A model generated the notes under the pieces. It saw nothing but the letters and a program-made list of their open reading frames with translations. It did no database searches and had not been told where the DNA came from. 49,991 nt of DNA from Candidatus Saccharimonadota bacterium (GTDB lineage: Bacteria > Patescibacteriota > Saccharimonadia > Saccharimonadales > AQU-01), in NCBI GenBank assembly GCA_037137935.1, contig JBAXJI010000005.1, positions 1 through 49,991 on the forward strand. The letters are read 5' to 3'. Below, piece by piece: positions 1 to 9,602 of the stretch. The position numbers and the translations under genes are program-made. The number at the start of each line of letters is the position of its first letter. Within the stretch, counting starts at the first letter, position 1.

Positions 1-2
1 TA

Positions 3-236
3 GGTATAGCCGTTAACTCTGCCGCCAATGCTGGTGATCTTATTGAGGTGGCAATAAGAGGAACAGTCTTTGTGAAGGTGCAGGGAACTATCTCGATAGG
101 TGACCAAATTCATGCAGACGCCACAGAAGGCAACGCCTCCTTAATAACAACCCCATCCCCAGGCGAACTACTAGGCAAAATCCTCACATCAGTAAACATA
201 AACAACCAAGCCCTAGTCCTAGTAACCCTAAAATAA
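3..236 (+). CDS. 3' end of a gene entering from the left; C-terminal small beta-domain, possibly DUF2190/capsid-cement-like or a surface-protein tail
   Basis: Frame is open from position 3 (GIAVNSAANAGDLIEVAIRGTVFVKVQGTISIGD...G.LLGK) to TAA at 234-236; 5'-truncated by the window edge. Confidence 0.55.
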   Translation, partial: GIAVNSAANAGDLIEVAIRGTVFVKVQGTISIGDQIHADATEGNASLITTPSPGELLGKILTSVNINNQALVLVTLK

Positions 237-260
237 CCCCCCCAAAAAAACAAAACCCCC

Positions 261-325
261 TTGCAAGGTCTCACCTTGTAGCAAGGTGAGACCTTGCAAA
301 ATTGTAGCAAGGTGAGACCTTGCAA
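261..325. repeat. REP-like type A cluster (CAAGGTGAGACCTTGCAA, 3 copies)
   Basis: 261-299 is a perfect 18-bp inverted pair around TAG; third copy at 308-325; the two + strand copies are preceded by GTAG, the canonical REP foot. Confidence 0.85.
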
Positions 326-327
326 AA

Positions 328-395
328 TAGCAGGGAGACTCCCTGCAGTAAAGCCGCACCACCAGGGAATCTAGCAGGGAGACTCCCTGCAGTAG
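328..395 (+). repeat. REP-like type B, 2 copies (TAGCAGGGAGACTCCCTGCAGTA)
   Basis: Identical hairpin GCAGGGAGACTCCCTGC at 330-346 and 374-390, upstream of the RAYT gene. Confidence 0.85.
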
Positions 396-431
396 CTTGC
401 AAGAACACATAATTAGGAATAGAGTGTGGCT

Positions 432-1046
432 ATGCCAGCTCGAAACGCTATCAAGCACTACGACGTCGATGCATACTATCATGTGTACAACAGGGGTGTT
501 AATCGACGGAAGATATTTCTTGACGATCAGGACTACACTGTATTTCTCGCCTTTCTTAAACGTTACCTCGGGGAAGCTACCGAAAAAGATAAATTCTACC
601 GTGTATATCCTAGCTTAAAGGGTCAACTAGATCTGCTGAGCTACTGCTTAATGCCTAATCACTTTCACCTGCTGCTGTACCAATACGATGATGTGAAGGC
701 TATGGAGACTCTATTACGCTGTGTATCTACAGCTTACACGATGTACTTTAATAAGAAATATCAACGCGTTGGACATCTTTTTCAGGGTACATACAAGGCG
801 TCCAGAATACTTAGTGAGCCATACCTGTTACACATTTCAAGATACATTCACATGAACCCGGATGACTATAAGAATTGGCCTTACTCAAGTTGGCCGTATT
901 ATGTCAAAGGCTGGCAGGCTGACTGGATTAAACATGATAAGATTTTTGAACTTTTTGAAGGCGACAACTACGAACAGTATGTGGATGATTATAAATCAAC
1001 CAAAGAAGAGCAAGAAGACCTCAAAAAAGAGCTCGCAGATAGATAA
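432..1046 (+). mobile_element. REP-associated tyrosine transposase (RAYT, Y1_Tnp/IS200-like HUH family)
   Basis: Motifs YYHVYNRG, YCLMPNHFHLL (HUH), GHLFQG, RYIHMNP (catalytic Tyr) and WPYSS; flanked on both sides by palindromes; ATG at 432 preferred over GTG at 426. Confidence 0.92.
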
Positions 1047-1074
1047 CCACCTAAATGCCCACAAAACACTAAAT

Positions 1075-1137
1075 CTAGCAGGGAGACTCCCTGCAGTAGA
1101 GCAGTAGGTCATATAGCAGGGAGACTCCCTGCAGTAG
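1075..1137 (+). repeat. REP-like type B, 2 copies downstream of RAYT
   Basis: GCAGGGAGACTCCCTGC at 1078-1094 and 1116-1132, each followed by AGTAG. Confidence 0.85.
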
Positions 1138-1313
1138 CTTCATGGTACTAGCCTTATAGTACTAGTGGTTTATTTTTTTGGTAAATAATTTTTTATTTTT
1201 GGGGAAGGGGACGAGGGGCAAATTTTGTGACTGTCGGCAGGCGGAACAACGTGGACTAAGCACGGCTAAAATGATATGCTTATGTTAGTAGTGAGGAGTA
1301 AGGGTAAACAAAC

Positions 1314-2072
1314 ATGGCACATACAATTGCAGTTCTAAATCAAAAAGGAGGCGTCGGCAAGACTACCACGACACTTAACGTCGCGGCCTATTTAGCCAAA
1401 GATGGATTCTCTGTTTTGATCGTAGATATGGACCCCCAAGGAAATGCGACTAGCGGCCTCGGTATAGATAAACAAACCTTAGACTCAACAATGTACGACG
1501 TACTGTTTGGTGAAGTAGATGCATCAAAAGTAGTCAAAGAGACCACAATCGACAAGCTTTATATATTGCCTACCAACTCACAATTAGCCGCCGCAGAAGT
1601 AGATCTTGCTGGCGAAAATAACAGAGAGTATAAATTAAAATCAGCTCTAGACACATTAACTTTCGACTACATTTTAATTGATTGTCCGCCATCGCTCGGC
1701 TTACTTAGTATTAACGCTTTGGCCGCAGCGAACCAGGTACTCATACCTGTTCAAGCCGAATATTACGCACTCGAAGGACTTGGCCAGCTACTCGATATTA
1801 TTCAAAGAGTTCGCGGTGGGCTAAATCCAAGACTTGAACTACTAGGTGTTGCAATCACAATGCACGACAGTCGCACGACTTTGGCCGAACAAGTTAAGGG
1901 TGAAGTTAGTAAGCACTTCGGTGATAAGTTGTTTAAAACCGTAATTCCCCGTAATGTTCGCTTGGCCGAGGCACCAAGTTTTGGCAAAACCATCATGGAG
2001 CACGATAAATGGAGTAAGGGCGCTCGCGCCTACAAACAGTTGACCAAAGAAATAAGCTGGAGGCTAAAATAA
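1314..2072 (+). CDS. parA: ParA/Soj chromosome partitioning ATPase
   Basis: Deviant Walker A KGGVGKTT, DMDPQGN, DCPPSLG, IPRNVRLAEAPSFG. Confidence 0.96.
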   Translation: MAHTIAVLNQKGGVGKTTTTLNVAAYLAKDGFSVLIVDMDPQGNATSGLGIDKQTLDSTMYDVLFGEVDASKVVKETTIDKLYILPTNSQLAAAEVDLAGENNREYKLKSALDTLTFDYILIDCPPSLGLLSINALAAANQVLIPVQAEYYALEGLGQLLDIIQRVRGGLNPRLELLGVAITMHDSRTTLAEQVKGEVSKHFGDKLFKTVIPRNVRLAEAPSFGKTIMEHDKWSKGARAYKQLTKEISWRLK

Positions 2073-2932
2073 TGGCAGGTAGTAGTAAAGGTTTAGGCAG
2101 AGGTTTCGATTCATTGATTCCGACTACATTCGACACTTCGATACTAATCGATGAGGCCGATCGAATACAAAAAATATTAATTGATACGTTAAAACCAAAT
2201 CCCGAACAACCGCGTAAACATTTTGACGAAACTGCAATAAAAGAACTATCAGAGTCGATTAAACGTTACGGCGTTTTGCAGCCAATTGTTGTAACTCCAG
2301 GTAATGCTGATGACTATTACATAATTGCCGGCGAACGACGAATGAGAGCTTCAAAATTAGCGGGACTCAAGCATATTCCTGCAATTGTTCGTACTTCTAA
2401 GGAGTTAGAGCAATTAGAGATAGCTTTAGTAGAGAATGTTCAGCGAGTAGATTTATCGCCTTTAGAACAAGCGACTTCGATTCTTAGACTTCACGAGCAG
2501 TTCAATATAGATTTTGACACAATTGCAAAACGACTCGGAAAGGCACAAGGTACATTAAGTAATGTTGTGCGTTTATTGCAGCTACCAAAGCTTGCGCAAC
2601 AAGCACTTCAGAACAAAAAAATTACAGAAGGTCATGCCAGAGCGATACTTTCACTTAAAGACGAATCGAAACAACTAGAACTGCTCAATTATATTATTCA
2701 AAAGAATTGGACAGTTCGTCAGGCGGAACAATATGTGACAGCTCTGAAAGATGGAGTTACTGACACGGCAAAAGCTCAAGTTAAAACAGAGACAATCACC
2801 CCAGCTACCAAAAGATTATCCAAAATTCTGCACACTCCAGTAAAATTGCGTCGCACAGCCAAGGGCGGCAAATTAGAAATCAGCTTTAAGACTGATCAAG
2901 AACTAGAAGATATAATCAAAAGAATCAGCTAG
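2072..2932 (+). CDS. parB: ParB/Spo0J partition protein
   Basis: PNPEQPRKHF, GVLQPI, IIAGERR, ENVQRVDL and an HTH region; coupled to parA. Confidence 0.96.
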   Translation: MAGSSKGLGRGFDSLIPTTFDTSILIDEADRIQKILIDTLKPNPEQPRKHFDETAIKELSESIKRYGVLQPIVVTPGNADDYYIIAGERRMRASKLAGLKHIPAIVRTSKELEQLEIALVENVQRVDLSPLEQATSILRLHEQFNIDFDTIAKRLGKAQGTLSNVVRLLQLPKLAQQALQNKKITEGHARAILSLKDESKQLELLNYIIQKNWTVRQAEQYVTALKDGVTDTAKAQVKTETITPATKRLSKILHTPVKLRRTAKGGKLEISFKTDQELEDIIKRIS

Positions 2933-3597
2933 AAGTTTTTGGCTTTGTTGAACGGGTAAATTCTAAGTTTCAGCTTCGCAATAATATCTTCAGCTTTAAC
3001 GGTACCAAAAATTCGTGAATCGAGTGAGTTAGGTCTGTTGTCTCCACAAACAAACACTTCATTTTCTGGCACGACTAAGTCGATGTTGCCAGATGTGGTG
3101 GTTATAACGGTGCCGTATGCGTAGGTTTTGTCTGGGTAATAACCGTCAGGATGCTCTTTGTTGATAATTTTAAGAACACCGTCCTTGACTATCACTCTGT
3201 CTCCAGGTAACCCTACCACTCTTTTTATTAGTTGACGGTCATTCTCCTTGCGAGATGTAAATATGATAATGTCGCTTCTGCTTGGAATGTATGGACGGCC
3301 AGTTATCGACGACATAGTGCGGGGGATTTTGTCTACTATTAGTCTGTCGCTGTTTTGGAGAGTCGTCTCCATACTTGGACCGTCAACTTGGTATGACTGA
3401 AATACAAATTTAGTCAAAGTGAGTGCAATAATAGGTGCAATCAAAAATATAGAAATGGTCGAGGCGACACTTTTAACACCATCATGATCATTTTTTGGAC
3501 GTTTATTACGTGCGTGTTCCTGCGAAGAGTCCTCTTGAGGGTTCTTGTGTTTGGAGTTTTGGTCTGACTTTGGCGATGATGTATTTTCTGGTTCCAT
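2929..3597 (-). CDS. lepB: Signal peptidase I
   Basis: TM segment, GPSMETTL (catalytic Ser), IKRVVGLPGD (Lys), GDNRPNSLDSR; ATG at 3597 chosen because TATAGT lies 10 nt upstream. Confidence 0.93.
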   Translation of the reverse strand: MEPENTSSPKSDQNSKHKNPQEDSSQEHARNKRPKNDHDGVKSVASTISIFLIAPIIALTLTKFVFQSYQVDGPSMETTLQNSDRLIVDKIPRTMSSITGRPYIPSRSDIIIFTSRKENDRQLIKRVVGLPGDRVIVKDGVLKIINKEHPDGYYPDKTYAYGTVITTTSGNIDLVVPENEVFVCGDNRPNSLDSRIFGTVKAEDIIAKLKLRIYPFNKAKNF

Positions 3598-3849
3598 ATG
3601 CTTGCTTACTATAACCCACAACCACCTTAATGGGCAAAATTAAAGCGTTGTTAATCTTGATTCGGCAAATACTAGAAAGCACTAAAATTTGCATCTGGGG
3701 TGACGGGTAAGATGACAAAAAAGTTACTAAATAGGTTTTAGATTATAGCCTAAACGGGTATAATATAATGATAGGGCACCAAATTAAACAGACTTAAAAA
3801 CAGCGAATTTATACAATAATTAATTCATATAGAGTAACTACGATATTTA

Positions 3850-5520
3850 ATGGATAAATCAAAATTCAAAAAACCATCTCATAATAAATCTCGCGTCCGA
3901 GCTACAATGGATGGCTTCGTAGGCCCAGATAGCTTCAAGCGTACTGGCAGCATAGGATTTCCAGACAAGAAAGACTTTGCCGATGGCAAAATGACTACTA
4001 GACTAGATGATTTTCGTAGAGTAGAAGGCTTTAGTTCATCAGCGCAATCAATTGATGGGAATTCTCAAGTAGAAGCAGTAAGTAGGCCAGTTGTACCTCT
4101 ACCAGCACCATTATTAAATTCAGGCCCTCGCAAGAATTCGAAATTCGGACGTAATAATAAGGGACGTCGACTTTCTACAGGTATGAAGCCTCGGCGTAGC
4201 TGGATCAAAATTATCAAAAGATCAATACTCGCTATCGTCTTGATCGTATTTGTTACAGGTATATATTTTGGATTTAAGCTCTATATTGTTGAAAAGAACA
4301 TCTTTAAGGGTGGTGGTAATGCGCCTGGATTAGCCAAGAAAGTAGACATTACCAAACTAAAAGGTGAGGGCGATGGTCGAGTAAATATATTGTTACTTGG
4401 AATTGGTGGGCCAGGGCATGAAGCACCAGATTTGTCCGACACTATTATGCTAATAAGCATCGACCCAGTAAATAACCAAGCTACTATGCTTAGCATTCCA
4501 AGAGATCTATGGGTAGAAATCCCCGGATATGGCAGTCAAAAAATTAACGCTGCATTTTCTTACGGGAAGCAAAATTCAAAAGAGAAGAGCGACAGTGGCA
4601 AGACTAAAGATGGTATAGCTCTAGCCGAAAAAACTCTAGCATCAGTGTTGAATGTGCCTATTCATTATCATGTGGTAGTAGATTTTGCCGCCTTCAGGCA
4701 GGCAATTGACGCTGTAGGTGGGGTAACATTTGATGTGCCAGAACAGTTATACGATCCAACTATTGCCTGGGAGAATGGTAATAAATCAGTAATTGCCGCA
4801 AAGGGCGTCCAGACATTTAACGGCGCACGCGCACTACTATATGCTCGTTCCCGAGAGACTAGCTCCGACTTTGCCAGAGCCGAGCGCCAAAGACAGCTAA
4901 TTGTAGCTCTAAAAGAAAAGATATTGTCGGCCGGCACATATAGTAATCCAATAAAAATATCTCAGTTGTTAAGTACTTTCGGTAATAACATCTACACCGA
5001 TATTGATTCGGGCGATATCCCTCGTTTGTATCAAATCGGTTCAATGATTCCGTCTAGTAGTATATTGTCGCTTGATATGGTTACGCCACCACACTCACTA
5101 TTAACCACAGGTGCACATAACGGCTTGTCTGTAGTAATGCCAAGAGCCGGTCTGTATCAATACGAAGATATTCAGAATTATGTCAGAAACGCTTTAGTAG
5201 ACGGCTTTATTTTCCAAGAGAACGCATCGATCGCTATATTAAATGGTACCAATACTATAGGAGTAGCGTCTCTCAAGTCAAAAGAACTAAAATCCTACGG
5301 ATATAATGTTGTAAGCGTCGGAGATGCCCCAACCAAAGATTACCAAAAAACGGTATTTGTAGACTTGAGCAAGGGAACGAAGAAATACACTGTGAACTAC
5401 CTCGAGAAACGCCTAGGTGTTAAGGCTGTGACGACTCTGCCAGCTGGAATTACTGCAGTTACGACTGACTTTGTTATAATACTAGGTAGTAATACGACCG
5501 GTTCGTCATCCACCCCCTAA
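3850..5520 (+). CDS. LCP (LytR-CpsA-Psr) family cell-wall polymer ligase with LytR_C domain
   Basis: TM helix then NILLLG, SDTIM, SIPRDL, KINAA, ALLYARSR, SDFARAERQ; C-terminal ILNGT...A......L...GY pattern. Confidence 0.9.
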   Translation: MDKSKFKKPSHNKSRVRATMDGFVGPDSFKRTGSIGFPDKKDFADGKMTTRLDDFRRVEGFSSSAQSIDGNSQVEAVSRPVVPLPAPLLNSGPRKNSKFGRNNKGRRLSTGMKPRRSWIKIIKRSILAIVLIVFVTGIYFGFKLYIVEKNIFKGGGNAPGLAKKVDITKLKGEGDGRVNILLLGIGGPGHEAPDLSDTIMLISIDPVNNQATMLSIPRDLWVEIPGYGSQKINAAFSYGKQNSKEKSDSGKTKDGIALAEKTLASVLNVPIHYHVVVDFAAFRQAIDAVGGVTFDVPEQLYDPTIAWENGNKSVIAAKGVQTFNGARALLYARSRETSSDFARAERQRQLIVALKEKILSAGTYSNPIKISQLLSTFGNNIYTDIDSGDIPRLYQIGSMIPSSSILSLDMVTPPHSLLTTGAHNGLSVVMPRAGLYQYEDIQNYVRNALVDGFIFQENASIAILNGTNTIGVASLKSKELKSYGYNVVSVGDAPTKDYQKTVFVDLSKGTKKYTVNYLEKRLGVKAVTTLPAGITAVTTDFVIILGSNTTGSSSTP

Positions 5521-5534
5521 AGAAAGGTGTTAAT

Positions 5535-6296
5535 TTGAGCTCAATATTAAAATCATTAAAGCCTAAAGCCGGTTTTTCGCATTTTATACATATCTTCTTA
5601 TTGTTGCTTTTGCCGGCAATACTTTTTGCCTTAGTTAGTTTAAGATGGTACGAAATTGCAACAGCAGTAGTCTTGTTGTCAAAGTGGAGAATGTTGGCTA
5701 TCAAGCCCCGACATTGGTTGGCGAGCATTCGCGCAAACACTGTAGATATTATCGTCGGCTTATCGCTACTAGTTTTTATGTCACAGAGTGGATCGATGCA
5801 GTTCCGCCTCATTTGGACTCTATTCTATGCTGGCTGGTTAATAGTTTTGAAGCGTCGCTCAGACCAATCTGGCGTTGCCTTGCAAGCCCTGACAGCACAA
5901 ATTCTTGGCCTAAGCGCATTATTCATTCATTGGGGCGACAAACCACTCCTTGCCTTAGTAGCCCTAGGCTGGTTCATCTGTTATATGTCTGCCCGTCACT
6001 TCTTCAGCGCTTTCGAGGATCCACTCAACCGTTATCTATCAAGCATATGGGGTTATTTTGCAGCGTCAATAATCTGGATACTTACCCACCTTCTATTGTT
6101 TTATGGTTTTATGGCCGTACCAACATTGTTCTTATCTGTGGTCGCTTTCGGTCTTGGGGGCGTCTATTATTTAGAGAAGACCGATCGTTTGTCTGCGATG
6201 ATACGTCGACAAGTTCTGTTTATAATGATCATCGTCGTCATCATCCTATTAGCAGGATTAGTTCGTCACGGTTATATTCTAAAAAGCCAACAGTAA
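5535..6296 (+). CDS. Multi-pass membrane protein of unknown function
   Basis: 253-aa hydrophobic ORF; TTG start preceded by AAAGGTG. Confidence 0.75.
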   Translation: MSSILKSLKPKAGFSHFIHIFLLLLLPAILFALVSLRWYEIATAVVLLSKWRMLAIKPRHWLASIRANTVDIIVGLSLLVFMSQSGSMQFRLIWTLFYAGWLIVLKRRSDQSGVALQALTAQILGLSALFIHWGDKPLLALVALGWFICYMSARHFFSAFEDPLNRYLSSIWGYFAASIIWILTHLLLFYGFMAVPTLFLSVVAFGLGGVYYLEKTDRLSAMIRRQVLFIMIIVVIILLAGLVRHGYILKSQQ

Positions 6297-6300
6297 CTTT

Positions 6301-7116
6301 CTATAATCGAAAAGCCTGCGCCAGTCCATCAGTGTTTACTAGTGTGTAACCGCTACGCTGGGCGTGTACCTTCATGACATCGTGCTGAATTATCAAAGAT
6401 TCTGTAAATACATATACCGGCTTGGTGTTAAAGTGATTAATTTGCTCAAACATTCTTCTATAAAAGTCCATCCCCATGACACCACCAAAAATAGCAATAG
6501 AAGGTTCGTGAGTTGCTGCTTTGTTGATTTCGAATTCGTCGGGGACATAGGGCAGGTTGGCTAGCAATACTGTCGACTGCTGGCTATAAACATTTGGCGA
6601 TACTCCTTCAAACAAATCACTACGCAGGAACTCAACATCGGCTCCAAGTTTTGCTGCATTAGACCGGGCTATTCGCAAGCAGGACTCGTCGATATCTATG
6701 GCGGTTACTTTAGCGTTAGGAATTTCCAGTTTGGCCGTAATAGCCAGAATCCCCGACCCAGTCCCAAGATCAATAATATTCCTGGCGTTGTCGGCTTCAA
6801 GTTTCAGTAGCTCTATCATAGACTCAGTTTCTGGACGAGGCACAAGCACATAATCATTTACAATAAACTCTCTGCCATAAAATTCAGACTTACCTCGTAT
6901 GTAGGCAAGCGGCTCGTGACTACTGCGCCTTATGACCATATCGTTAAGTGACTGTAGTGTTGCGTCGTCTAGCGCAGTTTCGGGTTGTGCCAATAGATAG
7001 GCGCGGTCCCTACCAAGTGCATCTTCTAATAATATTACCGAGTCTAGCCGGCCAGTCTCAATGCCAAGCTCATTAAAGGTGTTCGTTGTAGTAGTTAACC
7101 ACTCGTTAATAGTCAT
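6301..7116 (-). CDS. prmC: Release factor glutamine N5-methyltransferase
   Basis: EPLAYIRG..EFYG, VLVPRPETE, DLGTGSG, NLPY; near prfA. Confidence 0.93.
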   Translation of the reverse strand: MTINEWLTTTTNTFNELGIETGRLDSVILLEDALGRDRAYLLAQPETALDDATLQSLNDMVIRRSSHEPLAYIRGKSEFYGREFIVNDYVLVPRPETESMIELLKLEADNARNIIDLGTGSGILAITAKLEIPNAKVTAIDIDESCLRIARSNAAKLGADVEFLRSDLFEGVSPNVYSQQSTVLLANLPYVPDEFEINKAATHEPSIAIFGGVMGMDFYRRMFEQINHFNTKPVYVFTESLIIQHDVMKVHAQRSGYTLVNTDGLAQAFRL

Positions 7117-7220
7117 GAATATATTGTAGCATTACCGCATAGCAACAGTATTAACGGTTAATCATAAGTATGATACAGTTTAAGATGTAATTTAGCGTAA
7201 ATATAAATAGGAGAATATAA

Positions 7221-7556
7221 ATGCAAGAAATAGCACCTCAACCTGAAACACCCGAGTCAGATGCAGCGCCACTAACATCCATTCAGCCTACTATTGAAAA
7301 AGCGGCCGAGCAGGCTGCCAGGTTTGCCAATTATTTAAACGAACAGAATATCGAACCTGAATCAAATGTTAAAAGTCTAGCCGGATCAGCAGGACCGCCA
7401 CCGCCACCAGATGACGGACCAAATGACAATAAAAACACTGATAATACCTATTATGCGAATAAAATGCCCCAGCCTCCTATTGATGGGCTTTCAGGTGAAT
7501 TGAACCAGCAAATACCTGAATCAAATAAAGACACGACTAAGTTGCCCCCGATATAG
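7221..7556 (+). CDS. Hypothetical Pro-rich protein; frame stays open past the TAG to 7772
   Basis: AGGAG SD before ATG; low-complexity acidic/Pro sequence. Confidence 0.6.
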   Translation: MQEIAPQPETPESDAAPLTSIQPTIEKAAEQAARFANYLNEQNIEPESNVKSLAGSAGPPPPPDDGPNDNKNTDNTYYANKMPQPPIDGLSGELNQQIPESNKDTTKLPPI

Positions 7557-7777
7557 TTATTAAACAAAACAAATATAAATCCTTCTGCAGTCGCTATCGT
7601 GAAGCTTCAGCAAGAATATTTTGCTGCCTATAATGGTAGGGGAGTAGTTGTTCCTTTACGCAGAGGGGTTTTTGCGCAAACTTTTGAGAATATGGATGTG
7701 TATGACACTAAAGGTAGGCCAGCACCAACGAAGTACAACGCGTATACTCCAGGTACTGGCAAAAGAGTCTAACAATC

Positions 7778-7806
7778 TTGACATTTAAGCACAAGTGTGA
7801 TAAGAT
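7778..7806 (+). promoter_or_regulatory. Sigma70-type promoter
   Basis: TTGACA-17 nt-TAAGAT with an extended TG. Confidence 0.6.
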
Positions 7807-7858
7807 TTATTCAACTTCTTAAAAAACAAAAACCCAAACAAGATAGAAAGCAAAAAAA

Positions 7859-8023
7859 ATGAGCGAAAAAATCCCCAACAAGCACTTTAGAAAAAACAAG
7901 CAAAACTCCTGAAGAAATAGCCGCCCAGATTGGTCGTATAGCAAATAAGCTAGGAGACCGAGCAATGAAAGTAGCTATTGGTTCTCCAAATATAAGTAAA
8001 TATAAATTTTTAGAATCTAATTA
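7859..8023 (+). pseudogene. Small ORF apparently broken by a 1-nt frameshift
   Basis: ATG frame stops after 17 codons; removing one base from AAAAAATCCCC gives MSEKIPTSTLEKTSKTPEEIAAQIGRIANKLGDRAMKVAIGSPNISKYKFLESN; lies between a promoter and a terminator. Confidence 0.4.
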
Positions 8024-8045
8024 AACGCTTAATATAATAAGAGTT

Positions 8046-8083
8046 AATGGGCTTATCGACAATAGTCGAACAAGCCCATTTTT
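8046..8083. terminator. Hairpin between convergent units (prfA 3' end)
   Basis: AATGGGCTT-ATCGAC...GTCGAAC-AAGCCCATT followed by a T run. Confidence 0.65.
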
Positions 8084-9134
8084 AATTCTCTTGGTTGAGC
8101 AAATCGTGTTCGGCTTTGTGAAGTTCTTCTATAAGGTCGTCGATGTCGCCGGTCATTGCAACTGGGATGTTAGAGCGTGAATAACCGATACGGTGGTCGG
8201 TGATACGGTCCTGGGGGAAGTTGTATGTGCGGATCTTCTCGCTGCGATCGCCAGAGCCAATTAGTTTTTTACGTGAGTCGGATAATTTCTGTTGTTCGGC
8301 TTCGATTTGGGCCTGCAATAGGCGGGAGCGCAAAACGCCGAGGGCTTTTAATTTATTTTTTGTTTGAGATTTCTCGTCTTGCTGGGTAACGACTAGACCA
8401 GTCGGTAAGTGGGTGATGCGGACGGCAGAGTCGGTAGTGTTGACGGATTGGCCACCGTGACCACTGGCGTGATAAACGTCGATACGGAGGTCTGACGGGT
8501 TGATTACAATGTCGGCTTCTTCAGCTTCAGGCAACACCGCAACAGTGACGGTGCTGGTGTGGATACGGCCTTGGCTTTCAGTCACTGGCACGCGTTGGAC
8601 GCGGTGGACACCAGCTTCGAACTTTAACTGACTATAAGCGTCGTCGCCACGGACGGCAAAAATAACTTCTTTGAAACCACCGGCTTCAGACGGCGTTTCG
8701 CTGATTAGCTCGACTTTATAATTGTGCATTTCGGTCCATCGGATATACATTCGGTAAAGTTCGCCGGCAAACAGGCTAGCCTCGTCGCCACCAGCTGCAG
8801 CACGAATTTCGATAATTGCGTCTTTTTCGTCGTTAGGATCTTTTGGAGTTAAGGCTTCTTCAAGTTTGGCGATAGTTTCCGCTAGTTTAGGGGTGACTTC
8901 TTCTAGTTCCATAGCAGCTAATTCGGCCATGTCTGGATCGCTAAGGTGCTCACGGGCAAATTTAATAGCTTCGTCTTGGGCTTTTTTGTCGTCGAACAAG
9001 CTCAAGATTTTTTCGACAGCATCTTTGCGTTTGGCTAATTTAGGATAATCTTTGCTACTAAAAATAGACGGGTCACTCAATCGAGACTCGAGTTCCTGAT
9101 ATTCTTGGCGTAAGCTTTGTTCTTTAGTTTCCAT
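8082..9134 (-). CDS. prfA: Peptide chain release factor 1
   Basis: [12 protein letters not shown] (PxT motif), GHGGQSVN (GGQ), [12 protein letters not shown]. Confidence 0.97.
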   Translation of the reverse strand: METKEQSLRQEYQELESRLSDPSIFSSKDYPKLAKRKDAVEKILSLFDDKKAQDEAIKFAREHLSDPDMAELAAMELEEVTPKLAETIAKLEEALTPKDPNDEKDAIIEIRAAAGGDEASLFAGELYRMYIRWTEMHNYKVELISETPSEAGGFKEVIFAVRGDDAYSQLKFEAGVHRVQRVPVTESQGRIHTSTVTVAVLPEAEEADIVINPSDLRIDVYHASGHGGQSVNTTDSAVRITHLPTGLVVTQQDEKSQTKNKLKALGVLRSRLLQAQIEAEQQKLSDSRKKLIGSGDRSEKIRTYNFPQDRITDHRIGYSRSNIPVAMTGDIDDLIEELHKAEHDLLNQEN

Positions 9135-9157
9135 AACTGATAATCCTTAGTATATAT

Positions 9158-9191
9158 AAAAATCACCGAAAATTTGGTATTTTCGGTGATT
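9158..9191 (-). terminator. Intrinsic terminator after rpmE
   Basis: 13-bp inverted repeat AATCACCGAAAAT/ATTTTCGGTGATT followed by a U tract on the minus strand. Confidence 0.7.
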
Positions 9192-9207
9192 AATTAAATT
9201 CTAGTAG

Positions 9208-9558
9208 TTATTTGTCGGCTTTTGGTGCTGACTTTTCGGCTTTTTTGTCGTCTTGTGACTCTTTGCGGGTAGCTAATTTCTTGGCAGCAGTTGTTCGCTT
9301 GTCGCGAGCAGCCTGACCAGCAGCTGCACGAGCTTTGAACTTGTCGACGCGACCTTCGATGTCAACGATGCGTTCTTCGCCGGTGAAGAAGGGGTGGCTA
9401 GAGCTAGTGATGTGAACTTTTAGTAATGGGTATTCAACGCCATCTAGTTTAATCGTCTCATCAGTCGCAACTGTTGAGCGCGTTAATACTGTGGTGTTGT
9501 TGTTGAGGTCCTGGAAGACCACTGGGCGGTAATTATCTGGGTGAATATCTTTTTTCAT
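9208..9558 (-). CDS. rpmE: 50S ribosomal protein L31, type B (Cys-free), with a basic C-terminal extension
   Basis: [28 protein letters not shown]; start at ATG 9558. Confidence 0.93.
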   Translation of the reverse strand: MKKDIHPDNYRPVVFQDLNNNTTVLTRSTVATDETIKLDGVEYPLLKVHITSSSHPFFTGEERIVDIEGRVDKFKARAAAGQAARDKRTTAAKKLATRKESQDDKKAEKSAPKADK

Positions 9559-9602
9559 ATCCAAATCAGTATACACATCTGTTGGTATCTGGTCAAGCGG
9601 TA

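Noticed and set aside
261-395. Mini-CRISPR of palindromic repeats
   Set aside because: Irregular, very short spacing, two repeat types, mixed orientation and an adjacent RAYT indicate REP elements
237-1210. C/A-rich left flank and T/G-rich right flank as terminal inverted repeats of the RAYT locus
   Set aside because: Low-complexity homopolymer runs; the complementarity could be chance, and HUH elements do not use TIRs
1138-1313. parS site or replication origin upstream of parA
   Set aside because: No parS palindrome (TGTTTCACGTGAAACA-like) or DnaA-box cluster is visible
5645-6349. 234-aa alternative-frame ORF and other long shadow ORFs (e.g. 32691-33338 minus)
   Set aside because: They overlap better-supported genes and lack motifs or plausible composition
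7554-7556. Genome-wide stop-codon reassignment
   Set aside because: TAG ends parB, tsf, frr and lysS, and TGA ends rseP and pyrG at the expected positions
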